Positions 13,401-25,400 of a stretch of 64,000 nt of DNA are shown here, piece by piece. The DNA is taken from the NCBI GenBank assembly GCA_949358305.1, contig OX442314.1, positions 15,004,001 to 15,068,000 on the forward strand. Reading direction: 5' to 3'. Under the pieces are notes generated by a model. It was given only the letters and a program-made list of their open reading frames with translations, had not been told where the DNA came from and did not search any database. The translations under genes were made by a program, and so were the position numbers. Source of the DNA: Strigamia acuminata. Lineage: Eukaryota. Numbering within the stretch: position 1 is the first letter of the stretch; every line of letters begins with the position of its first letter.

Positions 13401-16400
13401 CAACAAGTAGATTTTTCCCTTTTTTCTTTTCTTTTCCTTTCTTTTTCTCACTCATTCATTCTTTTCTATTTTATTATTTTTTATATTTTTGGTCTTTTAT
13501 ACGGAGTGTAGTTATGCGACATAAAAGAATTCTTACTTGTGTCTTTGAAATTTTTGTCTGCTTGAACCTTTTGCTTGAGGTCTTGCAATTTCAGCAAAAT
13601 GCATTTGCATATTCAATGCCTTCTGTTGGTGGAAGAATTTTTTTTCTTATATTTTTTTTCTCCTCTTTTTTTCTTCTTCAATTGCTGGAAGACTGGTCTG
13701 ATTTTTTCTTCTTCAGCTTTCAACTATAAAATATTAAAAGAAAAGAAGAAAAAACTGTAAGTTGAAGTTTAGTTTTTGAAGTTAAAATTATGACCTCTAC
13801 AGGTGACGCATCCATAGAGAAGGTAAAAAGGTAAGAGAGTGTTGGTAGCTAGAGGTGGGGATTAAAGTGGTTATGCAAAACACCCGAAATGTGTTTAAGA
13901 TGATTGCATAAACAGATTTTCAAGTGTGGATTTTAATAAGAGCTCGTTCAGAATAAAGAGGCCGTCGCAACTCGCAAATCAATGTTTCTTTGTGCGAGAT
14001 GAAATAGGAGCGTTTTTATTGCAACTTTTCTCGCGTTTAGACGCATTTGAATAAGACAAGTGAGTGGAATTGCAGTTTGTTATTTAGTTGCGGAACGTGA
14101 CATTTGCTTTTGTTCTTGGATTTTGTGCTTTTGTGGAAAAGACATTAATGAAGTGTAGGTGCAAGGAGCAGGGTGAAGCGCGAAATGACCCAGCCCACCC
14201 ACTTGGCATGTGTCATAAGCGGCAAAAGGAACCAGTTTACTGCCGCATCTGCTGGTGTCTCTGGTGCACATCAATTTTGCTCGTGCATTTCGCAGGGTGG
14301 TGGGCGCCTTGTCACATGCAATAAGAGCAGATCCAAGTGTGACTGTGACAACTGCTTGGAATGTCAGGACTTTTCTTTTTACGTTCTGAAATTGAATATG
14401 AATTCTACTTTATCGCGTAGATGTAGTAGCGAAACAATTTTTTCTTTTTTTCTTTTTCTATTTTTATTTCGTGTTTAAGAATTTAACGAATTTTTTATTT
14501 ATTTTTTATTTTTAAACTTTTGTTTCGCACAAGTTTTGTGAGAATAAACAGACGCTATTTTCGTTTAAGGGAGCGAAATGCTTGACGTTATCCATATGCA
14601 ATTTGTTCTGCTTGAGGATTTTGCATATGAATGAAGTAAATTAACGATTTTTTTTTTCTCTTTTATTTTGAGACGAGATTTAATTTTTTTTTAAATTCTT
14701 TAAGTTCTGTCAATTTGATTACGACAAATATGCGGGTTGACGTTGGAGCGGGGAAAAGAGAAATTGTAAAAAAGTGTATTTGTTTTGGGGGAAAGAAAGA
14801 AAGAGAAAACAGATGAATTATGAAAGGCGGCTAGAAATGTTGGTTTTGTATTCTGTCAAGAAAATGACGGCAGGTTGTATGTAGCTTGTAAAAGTCGGGT
14901 GTGGCGAGGTCGTGAATTATGTTGCTGCAGCTTTTTGGCTCTTCTATCTCACACCCACTTCTCTCGTTTTACGAAAGTCTGTTGCAGTTCCCAGAGGAAC
15001 GAGTTTGTCTGCGGGATGAATTCTGATGGCAAATCTTTGTACGTGTAGATGGCTTTATCTGACGATGATGAAATGAAATCTTTTGCAAATCTTTGTATCT
15101 ACCACATTTTCATAAAATACCCTCCAACTTATCTTATTCAGTCTCGATTTTTTTTTTCCTTCGAGACAATGCGCAGCTTTTTGAATGTCAAATTTTGATA
15201 AGTAGATTTGATTTTGATTAAAGGCTTTATTGAATCTAGTTTAAATTCTTCTGGTTGTGTGGATTTCTTATCGACGGAGCCTTTAATGTGCCATGTGCAA
15301 TGCAGGTGCCAGTTAACTTTTCTCTTTCAGTTAATATTCTTTTTTTTTATTATAAAACTCGATAAGTTTCGGTACATTAAATTTATAATTAACGTTGTCA
15401 TAATTTAATTAAAAGTATGTGTGTGCTGTTTGGCTGTAGTTTTTTGGCAGGTTATTAATGCAATTACAGATTGGCTTTTGCTGCTTTCTTGCGAGTCGAT
15501 CTTAGGTCTGCCAACGTGATTGATTACTGTACGGTTATCCTTGGCATTAATTGACACAACGATGAAAGAGTTGCAGCTTGCATGTAAATCAATCACGAAT
15601 GGCTTGGTTTATTGAAGACATGCGTTTTGTAAATTTAATGTGCACACTTCCGATACTCATTTGTCATATTGTATTGACAAAAAAAGGATTGATTGAAAAG
15701 TTTTGCAAGTTAGACAAATTAATTTCTTTTTTTTAAGTAAATAAATTAATCAATTACAATATATTTTGTTTTGAAGAGACTTGAAAGTCTGTACCGACAT
15801 AAACAAAATCTCGTTGCCAACGTTTCACTCGTGATTTAAACGCAATGTAGTTGGCATGAAATACAGGCAACAAGATTAACACTCGATGGCACTTGACCTT
15901 TAATTGGGTTAAAATTTAGTTGTTTCTGTTAATGGAGTGGACGAGGAGGATGATTTATAGGGCTTTCGATCTTAGATCGTTTACGTAGATATGTTCGATT
16001 AGAGTTGATGCGTTTGGCGTTTTTTAGAGTTTAGTTAGATCGATTTTTTGTTGTGTTACATAAATTAAGATCGATGTCGTTCATTAGTCAAGGAATTAAT
16101 CGCGTTTGTTGTGAAATTAATTGATTATGTAATCGGAGAGTTTGCAATTGGGCAAAGGTTGCGATATTTTTTTTATAATTTAATTTAAATTGAAAGTGTT
16201 TGAATGATATTTTTATTTTTGGGAAACTGTTTTCGAAATCAGTTTTATAATTGAGTTCAACATCTTGTAACGGAAGACGGAGCGATGTCAACAGGAAAGA
16301 TCTACGTCAATAGTTTGTGAAATGATCGCGAGGAATATGTCTCAAAATTCGAATATCTTGTTGCGAAACTATTTCTGGTTGATGTTTTTTTTTTTTTTTA

Positions 16401-19400
16401 TTTCTTCCTTTTTGCCATTTCAATTGAAAATGAAATAGGTAAATTTTTTTTCCTAATTTTTTTTCGGGGGATTTGATAAAATGTTGAGCCTAGATAAAAC
16501 GATATATGATGAGATTTTTTCCCTTTCGTCTTCTCCCATTCACTTTTTTCGAGACGTCAAAAATATGATTCTTTTTTTTTTTTTTTAAATTTTAAAACGC
16601 TAGTCTAAATGTAAATATTGAGCAGCTTTGCCATCGAATAAATTTAGTAGTTGATTCCGCTCAGTCCATCTTGCTTCTTGGCCACATTTTTCCATCATTG
16701 GTTTTCATCACTTGCGACGCATTTGTTTTCTTTGCACGTTACTTTTTTGGATTCTAGGGACAAGGTGTTTTCAAAATTCCGACTCTCCGAGGAAATTAAA
16801 GATACATGGCGAATTTTTTCGATAGCGGAAATGAAATTGCAATAATAAGAAGAAAACATTAAGAAAGTATATTGGATTTGCCAGAGCCTAAAGGCTAGGT
16901 TTAATCAAATGAAAAGAATAGGCTGAAAAATGGACATTCATGAGATTTCTTTTTTTCTACGATCAAATGCGTAAAAGGTGGATATTGAATTGGAAAACTT
17001 CTTTTTTCACCTCTTCTCGCTTTCTGACATACCTGTTGCCTGTATTGGATGGATTACTTATGTGGTACTTCTATTGGTAATAATTTCACGTCGCTGGCAA
17101 AGAATTCTTCAATTTGGCATCGGATAGTAATAATAGAGTTTTATTTTTTTTTTGGAAATATTAATAAATAAGTAATGGCGGAATTAAAATAGAATGAAAA
17201 ATGTTAAATTACTTTTTTTTCTCCTCTTTAACAATTAACGGTTTAATCCAAGTAGAAATTCAAAAACATTAGCTTAAATACGAAATTCGTGTGCTGACAG
17301 GTTCGCCGCTGATGTAGCTTCCGCTCGCGCCGCCAGAGATGAGCTTGAGGAGCTCAATGCGGGTAAAATCATATTTAGAACAAAAAAAAAAGGTTTTATT
17401 ACTTCATTTCTTATTAAATTTATCATATCGGCCTTAAGTTTTAATGATTTTTACATTATTTTATTTCTCCTTGGGTAAATTGAAATTTAAAAAAAAATTC
17501 TTCTCTTTTTAGATGTATACAAACAAGATCTGTTTCAACATTTTAATTTAGGCCTAAAAAAAAATTTGCATTCGTTTAGGAAATTGATTTTTTTTGCTCG
17601 TAATAAATTTATTATGCTTTATGGTCGGTAGATAAACATTGAAGATACTATAAATGTCATCGCTATAAACTTTTGTGTGTACATTTTTTAATGGTTTAAT
17701 ATTTTGTTTGTTCTTTAGTTGTTTGACTTAAAAAATATTGTTTAATTAGTAATTACATCCATGGGAAATACTTTGGGATGAAAAATGCTTTTTTTTATTG
17801 CTTCTCGTTTTTATCCTTTAAAAAAAATCCAGTTAATGGTGACAAATTACCACGTTGAACAGTATATTGTACGAGTTTTCGTCTTCTTATAGGTAATGAT
17901 CAGAACAGAGGTCCTCCTGGATCCTACGGCACTCCAGAGAGAGCGGAACCTTACGACGGTTACAACAACAGTAGCGGGGGCAGTGGCGGTCGTTTTGCAC
18001 AACAGTATAGTCCTTATCAACAGGACCATTACTGTCCACCACAAGACAGATACGGAGCCCCGAGTGAGAGGTAAGGAGTCTTTTCATTTACTGATCCAAG
18101 TAAAAGAGGAAAGAAAAAAAGGAGGAGAAAAACACGGTCCTTTCTTTTGTCACGGATCGACGAGTTTGTTTTGTCTACAAATTTTTATGGTTAGGTTGGG
18201 TATTTTTATATCATGTTTAGTGCAGAAAAGCAATAAAGTACGGCTTTAATTAAGTTATTTGTTCCCTCACACACTTGTTTCGGAGCAGGGAGAAAATTTT
18301 ATTTTTTTATGGGCTGGGTTTCAAGGCTCATCAGTTTTTTCTTTATTTTTTTTTTCTTTTTTCTCTTTTTCTTTTTTTTTTTTGGTTGAAAAGGAATACT
18401 AGTAACTGCAATTAGGTTTTTAAAAGTTGGAGTTGAAAGTATGGTTAGAAAAACCAATTTGGGAACGAGTTATAAAAATAATTAATTGCTTGAAAAAAGG
18501 GATATTTTTAAAGTGGGATGTTTTTTAGGAGTGTTTCGGTGATGCATGAAGCGTCATGTTGTCTTTATGCGAGAAAAAGAAAGTGCGCACAGTTTAGTAT
18601 CATAAGTTTATTTTCTAAATAAAAAAGATGTACACGCGGAGATGAAAAATTAATTAGATAAATATGAGATTAAAAAAATAAAAAAGATGATGGCAGCTTG
18701 AAAAGTCCATTAAATTTTAAATGAATGGGAGATGTATGATGTGTTTGCTTTGGTCTATTTGATTAATGGGGAATTAAATATTCGTCATGTTCACAAAGGC
18801 ATGTTAAAAGTCTGCAATTTTATAGTGACAGATAAAAGTTTTTAAAATTTATTCCGGATTAATTAACGACTTCCTTTGATTACGTGCTAGATATGATGCA
18901 AAACTTGACTTTTGTACGTGTTTCGTCCGTAATATAATACAATTATCGAAGCCGGGTTTTGACAATGACATTCATATCCTGTTTTATATATATTTAGCAG
19001 ATACAACTCGCGTTCGGAGAATTACGACGGGCGATCATCGGAAGGGCCTACTGGACCGACTTCACGTTATGGATCTCAGACATCGTCCGCAACTAATGCG
19101 GGACCTCAACAGGGGGCGGTGATGATGGTTTACGGCTTAAATCACGAAAAAATTAACGCAGATCGCATCTTTAATTTATTCTGTTTATACGGAAATGTTG
19201 TGAGGGTAAGTGATGATCTTTACTGTTCATTTTCTTCATCTACGATTAAGCAATGTTTGTTTTTATTTTTTTGTGTTGGGTTGAGGAGTCGGAAGTCTAA
19301 AAGTCGCTGGGGGGAAAATGAAAATTTTAAAATTGCATGCTGATTAAGTTTTGTGTTTATGAATAGTTTAATGTCAGCTTGGTTGTGCGGTTAAAGCTAA

Positions 19401-22400
19401 ATGCAGATGCTGTGAATGGAGGACGTTTATCACCTCACCTTTAGGAAATTTGGCCTATCAAGAGAGCTTTGTGTCCATCAAGGGTTCTTTACGGCGCATT
19501 GTGCAAACAATATACGGGATTAAGTTGATGTTTTCTACCGCAGTAAGGGAAGCACGGCTTATTCATTTTATTTTACAGCGGGTCTATGCAGAATTAATTT
19601 TTTCTGTCTTTCTTTTTATTTTTCAATTGACGGTACAGAATGTGTCGGCAATGGCGATGTAAAACGAATTTTTTTTGCATAAATACCCATTTGGTTCAGA
19701 AATAGATTGGAATTACATTGCAATGTAGTGCAGTGTCTTGAAATGCATTGGGTTTCACGAGAATGCATTTTGTAACATATTTTTGCATGCTATTGGTTTG
19801 CAAATGATAATACAGTTTGTAAAATGTATTACGAAATGCATTCCAAATACTATTATTTGTCAAATATGAATGCATTTTTTCATTTGTATTACGAAATGCG
19901 CGTTTCTTAATTTCACGAAGTGCTGTACAGTACATATTGGAATGTACTGTATTGTAATATATAGGTAATTATGGGGACGCACACCTAGCGCGACACAATA
20001 TACAGCGACGGCAATATACCGCGACAAATTATTTGAAAACCTCAACAACGTACCGCGACACAGTCTATCGCGACCCAATATACAGAGAAAAATGCAAAAA
20101 TGCAATTTTTTTTTGTGTTTGACAACGAAAGATGGGGCGAATTATTTACTAAATTAGCACAACAACCAAAAGACATGGTGCACTTATGCCATCAAATATG
20201 TTCCAGTGATATATGATGAACATATTCCCAGCTTGAGGACGATTTTTCCATAGTTTTGTCGGGTGAGAGAACTCCTCCAGATTTTAATAATTTAATGTGG
20301 GCTAAATGATTGACTAGTCTCTCTCTGTATAAAGTTACATCGATAAATATTACACCTGATTGCTCGCACTTGGCCAATGTTAAAGAAATTGGTATTACTA
20401 CGTTGTTTTATTTCTAATTAAAGTGATAATATTAAACTTTCATTGAAAAATTTTCGTGAATTGCCTGTAGTCTGTAAAAATTTAGTAATTTAGTAATGAA
20501 ATTAAGTAGCTGTACAATGTGTCGCTTTACATTGTGACGCTGTTCTAAAATGTCGCGCTAGATGACACGCCCCGTAATTATCAGTAATTTATTTAAAAAG
20601 ACGTAAAGTACTACGTTTAACTTGATTGCGATATTGAAATTCGTGTAAACACTCGCTCCCATTTGCCTCGTTCTGGTATGAAATATGTGCATGTGGCTGC
20701 TATAGTGCTAGGGGTAGAATATTACGCGTGGTTTGGTGTTGCACTTTTGACACTGCACATGTGCATGAAATGAAATTCTGTATTTTGTCGCGATTTCGAT
20801 TCACAAGGAATAAAGAGGAATCGTGAGACAACAAACAACGGTACTTCAATTGTGGGTCAGTGGCGCGAACATGTGAACCTCCATGACAAGTAATATCAGG
20901 ACACGACAACAGGCGTTTTGGCTTGTTCGTGTGGTGACGTAAGCGGTGTATCTGTACACAGAAGCTTTCCTCTGTCAGTTTTGACGTGGAGTTACAATAC
21001 ACCAGACAAATACCTCGCAACATGCTTCGGAGTTTTAATTTCAATTTTCGAATTGACATATTGAAATGCAGCTCGTTTCTGAATGTCTATAATTTATTGG
21101 GGAAGTCAAGTGTAGTCATTAAACTGTGGGTTGAATTTTTTTTTTCGCTTGTATGACAGCAGTCGAACCGCTGCTTTTAAAACAACGTGACAGGATGTCG
21201 ATAATACGGTAATCAATAGAAATACGAAACATAGCGAACTGCAATGGGACCGAATGCGCAGAATGAAAGAAATGAAACCTCGTTATTTTGCAACAAATGC
21301 AGGCTGCTTCGTGTAGAGTTGGCAGATTGCGGGATGGTTAAGCTCAATACGTCCGTTTAGTCAATAAGAAAATCCATTGGAGCGGTATAGCTGTCTTTCC
21401 GTTTGCTCGTACAGTTGATTTATGGTTTTGGAATTAAGCTGGTGATTTTTAAACCGAATGAATTATTTGGTCTAGAAGTCGGCTATTTCGGGAAAATGGT
21501 ATCTGTAGTTGAAATAGGATCTCCGAGTACGTTAACTTGATAACATCTTCAATTACAACCTGAGACAAGCCTCAATTTGTCTTTATGAAATTTTTTTTTC
21601 GTTTCTTTTTGTGCATGTTTACGAGAAACCGTATCCTCCATCTAAAGGTTAGATGGTGGATGTGGAAATTTTATTTAATCAAATTGTGAATATTTTGGCT
21701 ACGTCGAAAATTGTTTACGTATTTTTTTGCTTTTGAGAGGCTGATTGACTGAATAGACATACATGTATGTATGCAGTATTGATTTTTGTTGCTTCTAAGT
21801 TTTGTCAGAAAAATCAGACTGTCTAGGATGAAAATTAGTTTACATGATAAAATAATAATTTTTGTGCACTCTCAAAAGCAAAATTTTGTTGAGAACTTGA
21901 CAGAAGTTAAATTTTGTATAAGGGTATTCAATATGGAGCGGCTTTGGGGACAAATTGATTGATTAGTTATTCATTTTCAAAGGGAAATTTTTATTAGAAA
22001 CTTAATGCTCATGAATATGCAAAGTGCATTGAAACAAATATTGGTCCCTGCCGACGAGATACTATATTAAAATTAATTCATTTATTAAGTTGGAAAATTT
22101 CATTAAGAATTTCCTTTATTATTTATAGTGTTTTTCGTATCACTAGAAGCACCAGCCCACTGGGCTAAGCTAGAGTCGGAACGGCTTATCGTGCTGATCA
22201 CATGTTCCCGTCAGAACATAGAAGTTAAGCAGTATTAGGCCTAGTCAGTACCTGGATCGGTGAACTGCTGGGAATACCAGTTGCTGTTTTTTATCCTTGT
22301 CTGATTTCGATACTGTAGCTGTGGCAAGAAAATCTGCCACACACCTCAACTGGATTTTCTGTGGTTTTTCCAGTTCTCAGTTGTCCTAATGATCGTAAAA

Positions 22401-25400
22401 GGGGGTGGGTGTCCCACTCGAAAAAGTCATATATTGCAGATATATTCAACTTATAGTCCACATAAATGGCAGTATATTTACAATGTATAACCAATATATT
22501 TGAAATATATTATAACCTAGATATATTTTACATCACATATATGTCTCTTACATATATATATATATATATATATTGGGAGAATATATTCTTGATGTATTGT
22601 GTATACCGTATATTGTGCGAATATATATTCAATGTATAATGGATACATCTAAAATATACTTTAAAAAAAAGGGGGGGGGGGTACTTTTAGTATATTTCAC
22701 ATATATATGAACTTGTATTATAAATACATTTTAAACATATATGGTAAATACACCCACATGGGTCTTAAAGTTTGAAATCGTTTACATCGAACCCAGACAT
22801 ATGCTCATCAACATATGAATAGGGAAAACAATTATTGTTTGACCAATGCTGATATTTGGAAAAATATCGGTATGAATATTGATATTTCTAATTTTTCAAA
22901 AGGCATAGCTGTTGTGATACAAAGTTTACATCTTGCCGTTGGTGCGTTTTTCAAACCATAACAAAATGCACAGATATACATGTTTTATTGATTAGACAAT
23001 TTAAAAAATCGTGCAAACTTTGATTTTTTTTAGAAATTACATTAAAAATATACCTGGGTATTATTCAAGTAAATCATGAAAAGAACATCCTATTTAAAAA
23101 AATAAATAAAAAACAGTAGCTGTATTCAAGAGGTGGTGTTTAAAATGCTTTAGGTGTTTGTGTTTTTGCTTTGTGATGTTAAAAAATACAAAAACAAACA
23201 CTCAAACGTCAAAATCACTTAAAACACAGCTTTTTGAATGCAGCTAATGAGTACAGCTAGTTTTGTTTTAGATTTTTAATTTAATTATTATTGGAAACCA
23301 AATTTATTTATTGATTTAATTACGGCATGTTTATAAATTTTTGTCGTTGTTAATAAATGATTATTTGCGACAGTTTTAATCCCCCATTTCAGAGAGAATA
23401 AATTAATACATCTGCAGTATTTAATACTATTTAGTGAAGAGATGTTAAAAACAACTAGATGGTAGTTAATAATTTTTACTGATGACGAGTAACTTAATTT
23501 ATAATGAGCACTTGTAAATATTTGATTTAAAAAAAATTGTTTTGTATTGTTTGTGCAAGAAGTTTGTTCATTTTATATTAAGTTTGCTTAGGTAAGGTTA
23601 AAAGCGTATCAAGTTAAATTATTCATGCCCTTGGTGAATAATGAAAGCGAAGGCGAGCTTTGCTTGTGGTGAGAAATTTGTTTGCTTAGGTATTGATTAG
23701 TACTTTTTTGTTGGCTGTGTATACACAGTCGAAAATCTAAAAACGTTGGGCAATAATTTGATAAAAGAATATAAAATATTTAAGTGTTAATCTTGGTTTT
23801 TTGCTTGCCACCGCTTTTGGCCTTGCCACGCCAATTATACATAGTGAACGTTTCGAGTATCTTGTGGGGCTTTTAAGATAATGGCTTGTTGAATTTACAA
23901 ACGCCAAATTCATTGGCTATTGATTGGCATCTATTTTAAAAGGATAGCATTAGCAAGGGCGTGAGTGATCGCCCATGTGGAAGGCGAGTGACTAAAGAAG
24001 TTAGTTTTTCTTTCACATCGTGCTTCAATTGAAGTGCAAATGTCAATTAGTTGCGAGTCCCTGACGTTCATTACTCTACAGTATTGGGGGATTTTTTTTT
24101 TGCGCTTTCTCGAGTTTTGAAGTAGTAATTAGCAATGCAAGTTGTCATTATGCCTTGTGTCATTGTGTAGAATTAGGAAACGCGCATAATTGAGTGCACC
24201 TTACAAGAGTGGTTTCACGAAGAATTTAGCAAACTTGAAGTTGGAAGAAAAAACTTTTTTTTTCTTTTTTTCTTTTTTTTTTCTTTTTTTCTTTTTAGAG
24301 AAAGTTTTTAGAGGGGCAAGACAGAGCGTTATAAAAATGAATGGGACAAGCAAATTGCTCGTGTCGTTGGTTATTTGGCAGCCACAGACCATTCTATGTC
24401 TGTCACAGTGGGTATTAGAATAGCTGTGCTGGCACAACCTAATCGACTTCAATATATTACGGCCAGCTGTTACATGCAAATGTTTCTCTCGGAGCCAAAG
24501 GTGTATGGTAGTGAGTGTGAGTCAGAAAGCTCGGTGATTTCATAATGTGTGCTGTGTTCTCCATTTTAATCTCTGTACTTGAGAGTTTGACAGGAAGTTA
24601 GCTGTGCATTTTTAGAGAACTCTCTCACTCAATTTAATTTGAGATGTAAGGTGATTTAAAACGTGTTTAACTTTGGCTTGCTTGCGTTTTAGTTTCGAGT
24701 TTTGCTACATTTCAGACGCAATGGGGGAAATATCATTAGACTTAGAACATAAAAGAGGTGGATCGCATATTGTGTCGCTAAGACGACTTTCTTTTCTTTG
24801 GAGTTTAAAATAAATGCACGACAACTGGAGAAAATGAGGATTTGAGCTGCAGGTGAGGTGGGGTGCGGTGGGCTCGGTTGAAGTCTAATTTTCATTTTGA
24901 AGATTGGCACTGGTTTTAATCTAAGCCGTATTGTTTGTTATTGATTTTTTTGGTAGGAGGGATGGCAGCTAAATTGATGCTTAAAGTGGTAATGCACTGA
25001 GCGCAATTTTACCCGAATGAAAAAGAGAAGATGGGTGTAATCGGCCATTATCAACAGCTTTATATGCACAAATATGTAGTAACTGGAAAGCCACAAGTTA
25101 GATAGTTGTTTTTCTTCAAGATGTTGAGCAGATTAAATTCAAGACACTTTCAATTCAAGTACAACTTCTAAAGTGTTTGGAAAGTTTACCTTGTGTTTAC
25201 ACACGTTTGAAACACAAATTTATGGTAAATGAAGATTGAAAAATTTATGGGTAGTGATTTATACTTGCACATGCCATTTCAAATGTGAACATTAATGTTA
25301 CATAGTGTGGTCTGTGTAAATAGATTTCATGATTACCTTTTTTATGGGCTGTTAGTATTTTTATTGCTGTCTTGTATATTTTGTTTTATTAGCGGGTCTC

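Noticed and set aside
15010..15105. Possible box C/D snoRNA (ATGATGA and CTGA motifs)
   Set aside because: Box order and spacing do not fit, and there is no convincing terminal stem or guide.
17896..18249. 117-aa ORF from the track
   Set aside because: It is an alternative frame of the real hnRNP L exon running into the intron.
22412..22762. AT-rich block bounded by ccca...tggg, as a possible MITE
   Set aside because: Terminal complementarity is too short to call.
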